NCBI GenBank assembly: GCA_041744275.1
Contig: JBGTLD010000013.1
Location: 16,470-80,469, forward strand
Direction of reading: 5' to 3'
DNA from: Candidatus Saccharimonadales bacterium
GTDB lineage: Bacteria; Patescibacteriota; Saccharimonadia; Saccharimonadales; JBGTLD01
DNA length: 64,000 nt
Shown: positions 38,476 through 49,941 of the stretch, piece by piece
How positions within the stretch are numbered: the first letter of the stretch is position 1
How the letters are laid out: each line of letters starts with the position of its first letter
The notes under the pieces: generated by a model
The model's input: only the letters and a program-made list of their open reading frames with translations
What the model was told of the DNA's origin: nothing
Database searches by the model: none
Made by a program: the position numbers and the translations under genes

Positions 38476-40386
38476 TTACTTCTTGTCGTCGACGACTTCA
38501 CCTTCTACGGTGTCGTCTTTATCTTTTGTATCTGCGTCTGAAACATTTGCATCATCTGCTGGCTTTTCGCTATCAGCTTGCTCGTACATCTTGGCGCCAA
38601 TTGGCATTATTTTGTCTTGCAATTCCTTAGCTGCTGACTCAAGTGCGTCTTTGTCTGCATTTTCGTCTTTGGCGGCTTCTTGAGCAGCTTTGGCGGCTTC
38701 ATCAAACACCTTAACATCTTCTTCAGATAATTTTTCTTTATAGTCTGACTTCATTTTCTCTGCCTGGTAAATTGTGTTGTCTAAGTTGTTCCGCGCGTCA
38801 ACTGCTTCACGTTTTTTCTTATCTTCATCGGCATTAGCTTCAGCTTCTTTCGCCATTTTCTCTACTTCTTCTTTAGACAGGCCACTGCTGTTCTGGATAG
38901 TGATGCTTTGCTCTTTACCAGAGCCCTTGTCTTTTGCGGTGACGTTCAAGATACCATTTGCATCAATGTTGAATGTTACTTCAATTTGCGGCACGCCTCG
39001 TGGGGCCGACGGGATACCATCAAGCACAAATCGTCCTAATGATTTGTTGTCGGCGACCATTTCACGCTCACCTTGCACCACATGAATCTCTACCTGTGGC
39101 TGATTATCGGCAGCGGTACTGAACACTTCACTCTTGCTTGTAGGAATAGTGGTGTTTCGTTCAATAAGCTTGGTTGATACGCTTCCAAGCGTTTCAATAC
39201 CAAGTGATAGTGGCGTCACATCAAGTAATAGCACGTCTTTTACGTCACCCTGCAATACACCACCCTGAATGGCAGCACCAATCGCGACAACCTCGTCTGG
39301 GTTTACGCCTTTCATTGGATCTTTACCAAATATCTTTTTAACCTTTTCTTGTACAGCAGGCATACGTGTCATACCACCAACGAGTACTACCGCGTCAATC
39401 TCGCTTGCTTTAATCCCTGCGTCTTTCAGTGCTTTTTCACATGGAGCGGCTGTTTTATCAATAAGATCACCCACGAGCTGCTCTAGCTTAGCCCGTGTTA
39501 GCTTGTGTTCAAAATGCTTCGGGCCATCTGCATCTGCTGTTAGAAATGGCAAGTTAACATCTACTTCATTAGTTGTACTCAGTTCAATCTTTGCTTTTTC
39601 TGCTTCATCACGCAGCCGCTGCATTGCTGCTTTGTCGTTACTGATGTCGATCCCGTGCTCTTTTTTAAACTCATCAGCAAAGTAATTAATAACCACTCGG
39701 TCAAAGTCGGCGCCGCCAAGGTGAGTATCGCCATTTGTAGACTTCACTTCAAAAACACCATCGCCGAGCTCGAGAATTGATACGTCAAACGTACCACCAC
39801 CCAAGTCATATACAGCAATCTTTTCATCTTTTTTGCTGGCTTTGTCTAGACCATACGCAAGGGCTGCTGCGGTTGGTTCGTTGATAATACGCTTAACTTC
39901 TAAACCGGCAATCTTACCGGCGTCTTTCGTAGCTTGGCGCTGCGAGTCGTCAAAATATGCAGGAACAGTAATGACTGCTTCTGTTACTTTGTCTCCTAAG
40001 AAGCTCTCGGCGTCTGCCTTGAGCTTACCAAGGATCATTGCGCTCACTTCTTCTGGGCTGTATTCTTTGTCGCCCATTTTAACCTTAACACCCTGGCCAG
40101 ACTTTATAATCTCATAACCCATAAGCTTGAGATCGCGCTGCACTTCTTTATCGTTGAAGTTTCGTCCAATAAGGCGCTTTACTTCGTATATGGTGTTTGC
40201 TGAGTTTGTGACCTGCTGGCGCCGTGCAACCTGACCAACAAGCCGCTCACCGTTCTTATTAACTGCAACAACTGATGGTGTTGTGCGGTTTCCTTCTGAG
40301 TTCGCGATAATTTCAGCTTTCCCAGCTTGCATAACTGCCATTGCTGAGTTTGTTGTTCCTAAATCGATTCCTATAATTTTTCCCAT
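38476..40386 (-). CDS. dnaK: Chaperone DnaK
   Basis: [15 protein letters not shown] and [10 protein letters not shown] motifs; start at MGKIIG. Confidence 0.99.
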   Translation of the reverse strand: MGKIIGIDLGTTNSAMAVMQAGKAEIIANSEGNRTTPSVVAVNKNGERLVGQVARRQQVTNSANTIYEVKRLIGRNFNDKEVQRDLKLMGYEIIKSGQGVKVKMGDKEYSPEEVSAMILGKLKADAESFLGDKVTEAVITVPAYFDDSQRQATKDAGKIAGLEVKRIINEPTAAALAYGLDKASKKDEKIAVYDLGGGTFDVSILELGDGVFEVKSTNGDTHLGGADFDRVVINYFADEFKKEHGIDISNDKAAMQRLRDEAEKAKIELSTTNEVDVNLPFLTADADGPKHFEHKLTRAKLEQLVGDLIDKTAAPCEKALKDAGIKASEIDAVVLVGGMTRMPAVQEKVKKIFGKDPMKGVNPDEVVAIGAAIQGGVLQGDVKDVLLLDVTPLSLGIETLGSVSTKLIERNTTIPTSKSEVFSTAADNQPQVEIHVVQGEREMVADNKSLGRFVLDGIPSAPRGVPQIEVTFNIDANGILNVTAKDKGSGKEQSITIQNSSGLSKEEVEKMAKEAEANADEDKKKREAVDARNNLDNTIYQAEKMKSDYKEKLSEEDVKVFDEAAKAAQEAAKDENADKDALESAAKELQDKIMPIGAKMYEQADSEKPADDANVSDADTKDKDDTVEGEVVDDKK

Positions 40387-40387
40387 T

Positions 40388-40615
40388 TTATAAATCCTCC
40401 TGTTTCGCAAGTAGCCCTGCTTGGTTTAAATGTAGTTCGTACATAGCTAATAGTGTGGTTAATTCCTGCGGAGTAATAACACTTGACGGATCGCCCATCT
40501 CCTCCTCACCGAAAATACGTGGATAATGCTTTTCAATAAACTGACCTCTTGCCTCGCCTAAGCGTTCGACCTTATCTGGGTTAGTTTCCTTCTGCACTGG
40601 TTCAAATTCACTCAT
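40388..40615 (-). CDS. Hypothetical protein between grpE and dnaK
   Basis: 75 aa with 1-2 nt spacing to both neighbours. Confidence 0.6.
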   Translation of the reverse strand: MSEFEPVQKETNPDKVERLGEARGQFIEKHYPRIFGEEEMGDPSSVITPQELTTLLAMYELHLNQAGLLAKQEDL

Positions 40616-40617
40616 AA

Positions 40618-41115
40618 TTAATTCTCCTTCGTTTCTTCAGATTCATTTGAAATATCCTGCGTTTTCACACGTACCATTGCGTGCCTAATTACTGTGTCGC
40701 CAAGTATATAGCCTGGCTGCAACTCTTCACTGACTATTTCGGTGGATCCCGTGCCTTCTTCCATGCTCACTGCTTCATGGAGATCTGGGTTAAATTCAGT
40801 TCCAACCGTCTCGATTCGGGCAACTCCCATATCGCCGAGTGTCTTTTCGAATTGCTTCACGACACCTTGCACGCCTTTAATGTAATCATTAGATTCTAAC
40901 TCTTTTGGTACGTGTTTCAGTGCACGTTCAAAATTATCAACAACTGGTAGTAGATCCTGCACAACCCCTGACTTCACGACACCGCGAAGTGCCGCTATCT
41001 GGTCATCATGCCTACGCCGTATATTTGCACTGTCTGCACGCTCTCTTTGTAGCGCTTCGGTAAGATCAGCAACCTGCTGCTGAAGATCGTCAATATTATC
41101 TTTCTTTTTACTCAT
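40618..41115 (-). CDS. grpE: Nucleotide exchange factor GrpE
   Basis: LLPVVDNFERAL, FNPDLHEAV and GY...VIRHAMVRV motifs. Confidence 0.96.
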   Translation of the reverse strand: MSKKKDNIDDLQQQVADLTEALQRERADSANIRRRHDDQIAALRGVVKSGVVQDLLPVVDNFERALKHVPKELESNDYIKGVQGVVKQFEKTLGDMGVARIETVGTEFNPDLHEAVSMEEGTGSTEIVSEELQPGYILGDTVIRHAMVRVKTQDISNESEETKEN

Positions 41116-41812
41116 GTAGGGTCTCCTCTAATGCTTCTCCGGCATGGCGCACAAGACCCATTACTTCGCGGTATTGCTGCCGTGTTGGACCAAGCACTCC
41201 AATGTAGCTTCTGTCAGAATATGGGCTCCTGAATCTACTTATTATTAATGTGGCATGCGCACTTCTGCCAATTGGATTTTCTGAACCAATGTAAACGCTG
41301 AGTGGCTCGTTTGGAGCGGTTTCACGTAGCCATGGCTCTAAATTGTCCAGCAACCTCGCAACTTGCTGGACTTGGGCTCCGCCTATAAACTCTGGTTGGC
41401 CAAAAAGGTTCGATAAGCCGCTCATATATAGCTGATTACCTATGGTGGCAATACCTAAATTGTGCGTAAGCTCAACAAGTGTATCAACGGCGTTTCGTAT
41501 TGTTCGCTCTGGCACTCCTCCATCTTGTACACGGGCACTCAGCGCTCTCTCGGCGCGACGCTCATGTGTGTGTTTGCTTTGCCCTGCTATTTCGTTTACA
41601 TAAAAACGATAGCCTCTGTCAGTAGGTATTCTACCGGCGCTTGTGTGAGGCTGTGTTATGAGCCCTAAGCGCTCAAGTTCAACCATTTCTGCACGAACCG
41701 TTGCAGACGATACCTTAAATACTTTTGCAAGCAAGCTTGAACCTACCGGACTCGCGACTTCCGCGTATTGCTCAACTATAGCTCGTAATATATTCGTTTG
41801 TCGTTCTGTCAT
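41108..41812 (-). CDS. hrcA: Heat-inducible repressor HrcA, short form
   Basis: PVGS, SSATVR, QPHTSAGRIPTDRGYRFYV and GVLGPTR motifs. Confidence 0.93.
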   Translation of the reverse strand: MTERQTNILRAIVEQYAEVASPVGSSLLAKVFKVSSATVRAEMVELERLGLITQPHTSAGRIPTDRGYRFYVNEIAGQSKHTHERRAERALSARVQDGGVPERTIRNAVDTLVELTHNLGIATIGNQLYMSGLSNLFGQPEFIGGAQVQQVARLLDNLEPWLRETAPNEPLSVYIGSENPIGRSAHATLIISRFRSPYSDRSYIGVLGPTRQQYREVMGLVRHAGEALEETLHE

Positions 41813-41813
41813 G

Positions 41814-41840
41814 TTCGCACTCGCATTGGCTAAGTGCCAA
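41814..41840. promoter_or_regulatory. CIRCE element 2 (degenerate)
   Basis: TTCGCACTC-N9-AAGTGCCAA, 1 nt from the hrcA start codon. Confidence 0.75.
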
Positions 41841-41858
41841 TACTACAATTGTAGATTT

Positions 41859-41885
41859 TTGGCACTCATAAGTCAAGAGTGCTAG
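41859..41885. promoter_or_regulatory. CIRCE element 1 (HrcA operator)
   Basis: TTGGCACTC-N9-GAGTGCTAG versus consensus TTAGCACTC-N9-GAGTGCTAA. Confidence 0.88.
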
Positions 41886-42616
41886 TTATGTATAAATTGC
41901 TTTGTTTGGATATAGAGCGTATGGGCAAGTTGTCTACCAGCCGCCTGTTCTGCTTTCGCTGCAGTATCACTCCCCACCATCGCTTGGACTTTCTGTGCAG
42001 ATATTTGTACATCTTCGCTAATTAAGAAGTATAGGTTCTTGCTTTGCGCTGCATGCTCAAAAATAGTCATCGCTGTATACATACGATTCATGAGTTCAGT
42101 TTCTGACATCTCGCCACGCGTTTGTATCCGATGCTGCCATTCTTCAAAATTTGGTGGAAGCATAACTATCGGTAATGTATCGGGTTTTGCATCAATTACA
42201 TTTTGGATTCCACCAATGTCTATATCAGTTATGGCTATTTTCTGCTCCTCTGCAGCCTGTCGAATTTCTTGCATACTCATACCGGATACTTGCTGGTCGT
42301 GTATAACTTCTGCCTCAAGGTAATCCCCTGCCTGTAAACCATTCAAAAAATCACTTTCGGATTTGAACCAATACTCAACGCCATCTTGCTCCATGACACC
42401 ATCGTTCATTCGCGGTTTACGCGTTGTATCTGACACGATAAAGTGATATTCACCCGTCTTCTCGAGCTCACGAATAAGCGTGTTACGGCCCGTTGAACTC
42501 GCGCCAGTCAGTAAAACGAGCTGTGTCTTTGCTAACATATCTTTATTTTCATCAGAAATGCGGTATTGAGATAGAATTTCCTCAAACTTTTCTTGTTGAT
42601 GCAGTATATTAACCAT
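41882..42616 (-). CDS. gmk: Guanylate kinase-like protein
   Basis: VSDTTRKPR...EQDGVEYWF and LPPNFEEW motifs; atypical P-loop GASSTGRNT. Confidence 0.8.
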   Translation of the reverse strand: MVNILHQQEKFEEILSQYRISDENKDMLAKTQLVLLTGASSTGRNTLIRELEKTGEYHFIVSDTTRKPRMNDGVMEQDGVEYWFKSESDFLNGLQAGDYLEAEVIHDQQVSGMSMQEIRQAAEEQKIAITDIDIGGIQNVIDAKPDTLPIVMLPPNFEEWQHRIQTRGEMSETELMNRMYTAMTIFEHAAQSKNLYFLISEDVQISAQKVQAMVGSDTAAKAEQAAGRQLAHTLYIQTKQFIHN

Positions 42617-42650
42617 AGTACATTATTAACAGATTTAAGAGGCTAACACC

Positions 42651-43112
42651 ATGCGAAAAGCTCCCGAGTTTGTACTCCCAGACCAAGACGGCAACAATAA
42701 ATCGCTAAAAGATTATGCAGATAAATGGCTCGTCTTATACTTCTACCCAAAAGATGACACACCAGGATGCACCCAAGAAGCTTGTAGTTTTCGTGACTCC
42801 AGAGAAATTATTGGACAGTTCGGTAACGCTGAAGTTGTTGGCGTTAGTAAAGACTCAGTAAAAAGTCATCGAAAATTCTTTGATAAGCACAAGTTGAACT
42901 TTACACTTTTAAGTGATGAATCGACAGAAATGATCAAAGCATACGGTGCGTGGCAAGAGAAAAGTATGTTCGGTAAAAGCTACATGGGGATTGCGAGGAC
43001 TACTTTTATTATCGATCCGCAAGGCATTATTGTGAAGGAATACCCTAAAGTTAGCCCCAAAGATCATGCAGGTCAAATCATTAAAGATTTGCGCGACCTC
43101 CAGGCAGCCTGA
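42651..43112 (+). CDS. bcp: Peroxiredoxin Bcp/PrxQ
   Basis: YFYPKDDTPGCTQEACSFRD. Confidence 0.95.
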   Translation: MRKAPEFVLPDQDGNNKSLKDYADKWLVLYFYPKDDTPGCTQEACSFRDSREIIGQFGNAEVVGVSKDSVKSHRKFFDKHKLNFTLLSDESTEMIKAYGAWQEKSMFGKSYMGIARTTFIIDPQGIIVKEYPKVSPKDHAGQIIKDLRDLQAA

Positions 43113-43494
43113 TTTTTAAAGATTTTGCTTCCTGACTTACAGGAGGTGCAGGTTTCATATTCTCCTCAGCTCTATGACTCTTTTTGTCTTGGCCATGAGT
43201 TTTTACAGTAGTGGTATATGGACCCGTCGAACTTGGAGTGTCATCAGTAGATGAAGCATTAGGTGCAAACGACGCTAATTCAAAAAGCGGTACGTTATGC
43301 TCATGCGTACTTCCTTCTAAATAATTCGTTGTATTATTTGAGTCAGCGCTTATTTTTTCGCCAACAATAGCCCGTCTGTCACTCGCCTGGCTCATACCTC
43401 GCAATACAAGTGCTGTAAATAGAATTAAACCAACCGCAATTATACCGGCTCGAACAATTCTTCCAGCTGTATTCGTGTTTTGTTTGATGCTCAT
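43081..43494 (-). CDS. Hypothetical membrane-anchored protein
   Basis: N-terminal TM followed by low-complexity tail. Confidence 0.45.
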   Translation of the reverse strand: MSIKQNTNTAGRIVRAGIIAVGLILFTALVLRGMSQASDRRAIVGEKISADSNNTTNYLEGSTHEHNVPLFELASFAPNASSTDDTPSSTGPYTTTVKTHGQDKKSHRAEENMKPAPPVSQEAKSLKIRLPGGRANL

Positions 43495-43574
43495 AATCTA
43501 CTCCGCTATTACTCGTAAGGTTTTCATAGTACTAGGTGGAGCTCATGTGTGATGTAGGTTTTCTATCGTTTATA

Positions 43575-45356
43575 CTAGTCGCGTTTTAACATTACGGTAA
43601 ACGCTTCTGCTGGTATATCAACTTTTCCAAAGCGCTTCATGCGTTCTTTACCTTTTTTTTGTTTCTCAAGTAGCTTCTTGCGCCTGGTAACATCACCGCC
43701 GTACAGTTTAGCGGTAACGTCTTTTCGGTATCCACTCAGGTCTTCACGGGCAACAAACTTACCACCAATTCCAGCTTGTAAACTAACCTGGAAATTTTGT
43801 TTTGGAATAACTTCCTTGAGTTTTTTCACCGTTTCGCGACCCAAACTTTGTGATTCACTTCGATGCACCATAATACTAAGAGCATCAACACGCTCTCCTG
43901 CAATATAAAAGTCTAATTTCACAAGATCTTGCGTACGATAATTATCGAGCTCGTAGTTGAACGAACCGTATCCGGAAGTCACGCTTTTTAGTTGATCGTA
44001 AAAATCCGTAAGTAGATTTGCCAGTGGCGCTTCAAAACTTATGAGTGCTAGTTGCGCATCAACAAAACTCAAGTTTTTTTGAATACCGCGCTTTGAGATA
44101 ATGAGCTGAATCACTGCACCAACGTACTCTTTTGGCACGACCACCTCACCCTTAATCCAAGGTTCTTTAATTTCTGCGATGTTAGTTGGGTCCGGCAAGT
44201 CAGCAGCTGAGCGAATTGCTGTTTCTTCACCGTTTTGCATAATAATCTCATAATCAGTTGACGGGTTTGTTACAACGAGCGTTAGGTCGTATTCTCTTTC
44301 GAGTCGCTCACGAACAATATCCATATGGAGTAGCCCCAAAAATCCTATACGAACGCCGAACCCAAGAACAGGCGAATTTTCTGGCTCAAACTGCAACGCG
44401 GAGTCACTCAAGCTTAGCTTGTCTACTGCATCTTTTAATAACAAGTAGTTCTCGTTACTGTCCGGAAAGAACCCTGCATATACAAACGGCTTGACGTCTT
44501 TGTAGCCCGGCAGAGGATCAGTGGCGGGTTTACTGAGCAATGTGACCGTGTCACCTACTTTTGCCTCACGTGTACTACGAAGGTTTGTGACAATATAGCC
44601 AATTTCTCCCGTTTGTAGTGCAGGCAGCGGAGATAGCTCTGGCTGAAGCGAGCCGACTTCGAGAGCTATTCCCTGTGCGCCCGTCGCAACCATTTTGATT
44701 TGGGTGTTTTTCGTAATTGCGCCATCAAACACACGAACATACAAAATCACACCTCGATAATCGTCATAGTAGCTGTCAAATATAAGTGCGCGTGTTGCTT
44801 CGTGATCACCACCGTTGGGCGGAGGGACTTGCTCTACCACTTGGTCGAGAACCGCCGGAACACCCTCACCAGTTTTAGCTGAGATTTGTAATATGTCATC
44901 TGTGCTACAACCGAGCAGGCTAATAATCTCAGCACTGACCCGCGGCACATCTGCTGCAGGTAAGTCGATTTTGTTCAGTACAGGGATAATCTTTAAGTCT
45001 GCTGCCATAGCGAGGTACACGTTAGCGAGTGTCTGTGCTTGAATACCTTGGCTTGCGTCTACTACCAATATTGCACCCTCGCAAGCCTCGAGACTGCGCG
45101 AAACCTCATAACTAAAATCTACGTGCCCAGGGGTGTCAATAAGATTTAGTTCAAAATCTTTATATTTCATGCGTACCGGGGCGAGCTTAATAGTGATGCC
45201 TTTTTCACGTTCGAGGTCCATGCGGTCAAGTAGCTGCTCTTTCATGTCGCGCTTCTGAATAGTGCCTGTCATTTCTAATAGCCTGTCGGCAAGCGTTGAC
45301 TTGCCGTGATCGATATGAGCTATTATGCAAAAATTTCGTATGTGTGACTGATCCAT
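43575..45356 (-). CDS. lepA: Elongation factor 4
   Basis: IRNFCIIAHIDHGKSTLADR, KDVTAKLYGGD and KLLEKQKKGK motifs. Confidence 0.98.
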   Translation of the reverse strand: MDQSHIRNFCIIAHIDHGKSTLADRLLEMTGTIQKRDMKEQLLDRMDLEREKGITIKLAPVRMKYKDFELNLIDTPGHVDFSYEVSRSLEACEGAILVVDASQGIQAQTLANVYLAMAADLKIIPVLNKIDLPAADVPRVSAEIISLLGCSTDDILQISAKTGEGVPAVLDQVVEQVPPPNGGDHEATRALIFDSYYDDYRGVILYVRVFDGAITKNTQIKMVATGAQGIALEVGSLQPELSPLPALQTGEIGYIVTNLRSTREAKVGDTVTLLSKPATDPLPGYKDVKPFVYAGFFPDSNENYLLLKDAVDKLSLSDSALQFEPENSPVLGFGVRIGFLGLLHMDIVRERLEREYDLTLVVTNPSTDYEIIMQNGEETAIRSAADLPDPTNIAEIKEPWIKGEVVVPKEYVGAVIQLIISKRGIQKNLSFVDAQLALISFEAPLANLLTDFYDQLKSVTSGYGSFNYELDNYRTQDLVKLDFYIAGERVDALSIMVHRSESQSLGRETVKKLKEVIPKQNFQVSLQAGIGGKFVAREDLSGYRKDVTAKLYGGDVTRRKKLLEKQKKGKERMKRFGKVDIPAEAFTVMLKRD

Positions 45357-45405
45357 TGAAGAGACATTATAACAGAATAACAGAGGTAATTTAAGTACGG
45401 TTCGT

Positions 45406-46992
45406 TTACTGTACTTTCACGGGCTTTAATATAATCTGCTTGAGCTTCTGTACGACTGGTCGTGGCTCTTCAAGCCCAAGCACAATCGACACCAGCACGT
45501 GTGTCCCGAGTACTGCTGCAGCAATTGCACTCAGCTTGAAACCGAGTGTCACAAGTCCTGTATCGGCAGCTTGAAGTGGGAAGATGACAAGCATTCCATA
45601 TGCTGCAAGTACACTAAACCCAGTTACTGAAACTATCTTCACGATACTCGACCAAAATGCCACATTAAAGAAATGACTATCCTTGAAAAGGATGACTAAT
45701 CCAAGGGCAGTAACCTCAAACCCTGCTGTAATCGACTGAGCCAAGGCTAGTCCTGATATACCGTATGAAGACGGTTTTGCAAGCGTAAAAGCAAGAAAAA
45801 TATTAAGCGCAATCGCAAAAATCGAAACATACAATGGCGTCTTTGAGTCTTTATGAGCGTAAAAATATCTCGACAACATACTGTACACAATTCTGAAGAA
45901 AATAGAGGCTGTCAAGAAACCAAAAATTAATGCAACCTGAGGCGCATTATCACCAAAAATTAAGCGAGCCAAATAGCCTCTTGCGAAGTAACTGACAACA
46001 ATAACAGGCATGGTCATCCAGATCATAGCTTTAAGAATTCTTAAGAAATCCCTCTGAAATAGATCTGGACGATTTTGCGACAATCGCTCAGTAAGTCTTG
46101 GAAACGCAGCGATTGCAATAGCATTACCAAGTAACATAATTGGAACGTTTTGTAGTGTCAGGGCAAAGTTATAAAAACTGACTGGCCCTGTACCAAGTGC
46201 TTGTGCACGGTTAACCTCGACGATACTATTAACTTGGTCGATACCTTGGTCCAATGATCGTGGCGGTAGCTGGCCAAGCATTTCACGAAAATTAGGGTTC
46301 TTCCACTTAATTTTTGCATGATATTTGAAGCCCAAACCAGAAAGCCCAAGTAGCGCCACAAAGAACTGGAGCAGACCACCTATGAGCGCACCGAGCCCAA
46401 GTCCGACTATTCCAACATTGTCTCTAAATACGTAAATGCTACATATGATTGCAATGTTATAAAACAGCGGTGCAATTGCATAAAAAAAGAATCTACCAAA
46501 AGTTTGCTGTACGCTTGTCAATATTCCAGACAGTGTAAACAACAGGGGGTTAAACGCTATTAAACGAGTGATTGTTATAGCTTGGGTTAGATTTTCGGAG
46601 GGGAGATTTGGTGCCAGTGCGCGTATAAGTGGTTCAGCAAAAACAAATATTATGAACCCTATAATCGCCATAGCAATTGCCAGAACATTCAAGAGGCTAC
46701 TTGCAAGTTGCCATACACCTTTTCGATCACCTACCTGCAACCTATCAGTTAAAAACGGAATAAATGCGACACCAAGTGCACCTGCGGAGATGGTATAAAA
46801 GAAAAAATCTGGAACCTGAAATGCGACGAAGAATGCATCTGAAGAACCTGGGTCAACTATTGTGAAATTTGTACTGATAAGACGATTTCTTAAGAAACCT
46901 AAAACCTGACCTATCAAGGTCACGCCAATTAGAAGCGAAGCTGCACCGCCAAGTGAGATACGCGCATTTGCTCGTCTGAATTTATACTTCAT
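45406..46992 (-). CDS. murJ: Lipid II flippase MurJ
   Basis: LGFLRNRL, DAFFVAFQVPD, AFIP and FYAHKDSKTP motifs; multi-TM. Confidence 0.92.
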   Translation of the reverse strand: MKYKFRRANARISLGGAASLLIGVTLIGQVLGFLRNRLISTNFTIVDPGSSDAFFVAFQVPDFFFYTISAGALGVAFIPFLTDRLQVGDRKGVWQLASSLLNVLAIAMAIIGFIIFVFAEPLIRALAPNLPSENLTQAITITRLIAFNPLLFTLSGILTSVQQTFGRFFFYAIAPLFYNIAIICSIYVFRDNVGIVGLGLGALIGGLLQFFVALLGLSGLGFKYHAKIKWKNPNFREMLGQLPPRSLDQGIDQVNSIVEVNRAQALGTGPVSFYNFALTLQNVPIMLLGNAIAIAAFPRLTERLSQNRPDLFQRDFLRILKAMIWMTMPVIVVSYFARGYLARLIFGDNAPQVALIFGFLTASIFFRIVYSMLSRYFYAHKDSKTPLYVSIFAIALNIFLAFTLAKPSSYGISGLALAQSITAGFEVTALGLVILFKDSHFFNVAFWSSIVKIVSVTGFSVLAAYGMLVIFPLQAADTGLVTLGFKLSAIAAAVLGTHVLVSIVLGLEEPRPVVQKLKQIILKPVKVQ

Positions 46993-47088
46993 TTATGCCT
47001 ATTATAGGCTTTTGAGTTGCACAAAAACAGGGTAAAAGAGTACAATTTTTATTTCGTTGTTTCTCGTAAAACGATATTAACGTATCGA

Positions 47089-48957
47089 CTAGTATAAAGC
47101 TGCGGCTTTGGGCAAAACAGATCCGTTTAGAATATCTATGACTTCTTCAGCTTCAACGGTTTCTTTCTTGAGTAAGGCATCTTTGAGTTCTTCTAGCTTC
47201 GGCTTGTTGGCCTTGATTACTGCCCTTGCACGCTCAGCAGCCTCGGTAATAAGTGCTTCAACTTCATCGTCAATAATCTTTGCTGTCTCTTCAGAATAGT
47301 GACGCTCGTGCATCATTCGCTCCATCATAATGCCTTCTTCGCTCTTGAATACTTGGTCACGAAGCTTTTTACCCATGCCTTGGTTCATGATCATTTCACG
47401 GGCAAGTTCTGCTGCCTTTTGTAAATCTGAGCCAGCGCCAGTTGTAACGCGTTCAGAGCCATACATAACTTCTTCTGCGATACGACCACCGAGCATTCTT
47501 GCAAGCACATCTTTGTACTCGATAATGCTGTGGTAACTTTTATCTTCGGGAGGTATAAACCAAGTTACTCCACCAGTACCACCCCTTGGGATGATCGTAA
47601 CTTTATGCACCATATCACTGTCTGGCAATACGTGACCCACAATTGCATGCCCAGCTTCATGATAGGCAGTGAGCTCAATCTCTTTTTTGTTCATGATCTT
47701 ACTCTTACGCTCAGGGCCAATCGCGACACGCTCAAACGCTTCGGTGATGTCAGCTTGTTGTATAACTTTGCGGTTATTTCTTGCAGCAATAATTGCAGAT
47801 TCGTTTGCAATGTTCTGTAAATCTGCACCTGAAGAACCAGCTGTTTTAGCTGCAAGTGCATCGATGTCTACTTTTTCATCTACGGGTTTTTTCTCAAAGT
47901 GGACGTGAAGGATTTTTTCTCGGTCCTTACGGTCGGGTAAACCGATGTTAACTCTACGGTCGAATCGACCTGGTCGTAGTAGCGCTGGATCAAGCACATC
48001 GGCACGGTTTGTGGCAGCAAGCACGATGACATTAGCTCCCTGTTCAAAACCATCCATTTCCACAAGAATTTGGTTAAGTGTTTGCTCACGTTCATCATGA
48101 CCACCGCCCATACCAGACCCACGACGGCGACCAACTGCATCTATTTCATCTACGAAAATAATACACGGTGCATTTTTCTTGGCTTTCGAAAATAAGTCTC
48201 GGACACGAGATGCACCGACACCAACAAACATTTCAACGAACTCCGAACCAGAAATACTAAAGAACGGCACATCTGCCTCGCCTGCAACGGCACGAGCAAG
48301 CATCGTCTTACCTGTTCCAGGAGGGCCTACAAGAAGTACACCTTTCGGGATACGGGCACCGACTGATTCAAATTTCTTAGGGAATTTTAGGAACTCAACG
48401 ACTTCTTCAAGGTCTTGCTTTGCCTCATCTGAGCCAGCAACATTCGCGAATGTTACTTTGTCTTTTTCGTTCCCATACAGCCGTGCCTTACTCTTACCGA
48501 AGCTCATCGCCTGGTTTCCTTGGCCCTGTGCACTCCTAAGCATGAAGAATAAGATAAATCCAATGATAATTACCGGTAGTAGAGATATCGCAATATCACC
48601 AAATCCAATCCCCGATGGTGTCTCTTCGACATTCACCGAAACATCGCGGTTTGTAAGCCCTTGTTCATATATGCTAGACCCCGCCTCTTTGCGTGAGCGC
48701 TGAGTAGGGTTTTCTTCACCCTCGGGTACAATCGCAAGTTCATTACCTGTTATTTCTATACGGTCAATGTCACCCGCATTTGCTCGCGTTATAACTTGTG
48801 AAAAAGGAACTTCTTCTAGTTCTGATGGTCTGTTGTACGCAGAAAAAGCGATGAGTCCAAAAAGCACAACAAGTGCCATGAATCCAGCGTTTTTAAAGTT
48901 GCGCTTGTTATTTGGTGATCCCCCACCTGGTGCATTACGAAAAGGTTTTTTATCCAT
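47089..48957 (-). CDS. ftsH: ATP-dependent zinc metalloprotease FtsH
   Basis: [18 protein letters not shown] and HEAGH motifs. Confidence 0.98.
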   Translation of the reverse strand: MDKKPFRNAPGGGSPNNKRNFKNAGFMALVVLFGLIAFSAYNRPSELEEVPFSQVITRANAGDIDRIEITGNELAIVPEGEENPTQRSRKEAGSSIYEQGLTNRDVSVNVEETPSGIGFGDIAISLLPVIIIGFILFFMLRSAQGQGNQAMSFGKSKARLYGNEKDKVTFANVAGSDEAKQDLEEVVEFLKFPKKFESVGARIPKGVLLVGPPGTGKTMLARAVAGEADVPFFSISGSEFVEMFVGVGASRVRDLFSKAKKNAPCIIFVDEIDAVGRRRGSGMGGGHDEREQTLNQILVEMDGFEQGANVIVLAATNRADVLDPALLRPGRFDRRVNIGLPDRKDREKILHVHFEKKPVDEKVDIDALAAKTAGSSGADLQNIANESAIIAARNNRKVIQQADITEAFERVAIGPERKSKIMNKKEIELTAYHEAGHAIVGHVLPDSDMVHKVTIIPRGGTGGVTWFIPPEDKSYHSIIEYKDVLARMLGGRIAEEVMYGSERVTTGAGSDLQKAAELAREMIMNQGMGKKLRDQVFKSEEGIMMERMMHERHYSEETAKIIDDEVEALITEAAERARAVIKANKPKLEELKDALLKKETVEAEEVIDILNGSVLPKAAALY

Positions 48958-48992
48958 ACCAAATTTATTATACAGAGCTAAATGCTTGAATG

Positions 48993-49901
48993 CTAGCGGT
49001 CAGTACGCGTGAGTGCCAAATATTTCTCACCTACCTCTATAAAAACATCCTTTATTATGTTAAATTTTTTATCAAATGATGCTGTTTTTGACTTCACAAC
49101 GAGTATTTCTATCTGCTTTTTATGCATATTCGTAATCTGGTTTCTAGCAAGCCATAAAATGATTAACTCACAGGCTATGGTGTGTGGCAACATGATCAAT
49201 TTATACCTGTTAATTTTATTACCTTGTGACACCATTTGCAGCAAAGAAACTACTTCAGTATCAATCGCGTCATTAGTGGCCCGTAGATCATGCAGCATAG
49301 ATAACAGGTCTTTTCTGTCATGTTGCGTCAGCCTCGGTACAATATTCGCACGAATATAGTTCCTGAGGTATGACGTGTCAACATTGGTGCTATCTTCACG
49401 CCACATAAGCTGATGGCGCTTCGCGTGCAAAAGGATTTGACGCTTAGAAAACTGTAGCAATGGCCTGGCAAGGTTCTCCGTAGAGCGCAAGGATGTCAGC
49501 CCTTTTCTCCCAGTACCGCGAACAATATTAATACAGACTGTTTCAATGACGTCGTCTTGGTGGTGTGCAGTCAGTATTCGATCAGCGCCATGCTTCTTTT
49601 TCATATCGTTTAAAAACGCATAGCGTGCATTCCGTGCGCTTTCTTCGCTTGCACTGGCCCCCAAATTACCCTTGCGAATCTCAGCATCTAAATTATTTTT
49701 TTTAGCAAGGCTTTCAACGAAGTGAGCATCTTCTGCTGAGTCTTTTCGAATTCCATGATCAAAGTGCGCAACCACAAACACATAGTCACCAGCTTGATTA
49801 TTTGATTGAAATTGTTGCACAAGCATATGCAAGAGTACGATAGAATCCACGCCACCAGATACAGCAACAATGTATTTTCCTGGCTTAAGTACAACTTTCA
49901 T
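48993..49901 (-). CDS. tilS: tRNA(Ile)-lysidine synthetase
   Basis: AVSGGVDS, AHHQDDVIET and EDSTN...RNYIR motifs; upstream of ftsH. Confidence 0.94.
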   Translation of the reverse strand: MKVVLKPGKYIVAVSGGVDSIVLLHMLVQQFQSNNQAGDYVFVVAHFDHGIRKDSAEDAHFVESLAKKNNLDAEIRKGNLGASASEESARNARYAFLNDMKKKHGADRILTAHHQDDVIETVCINIVRGTGRKGLTSLRSTENLARPLLQFSKRQILLHAKRHQLMWREDSTNVDTSYLRNYIRANIVPRLTQHDRKDLLSMLHDLRATNDAIDTEVVSLLQMVSQGNKINRYKLIMLPHTIACELIILWLARNQITNMHKKQIEILVVKSKTASFDKKFNIIKDVFIEVGEKYLALTRTDR

Positions 49902-49941
49902 TACACAATAGTATCAGTTAGGAGTGCTCCATCCAGGCGAA

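Noticed and set aside
41882-42616. Guanylate kinase-like protein as an inactive pseudo-kinase (P-loop Lys to Arg)
   Set aside because: The substitution is conservative and GMP-binding motifs are retained; not enough to claim loss of function.
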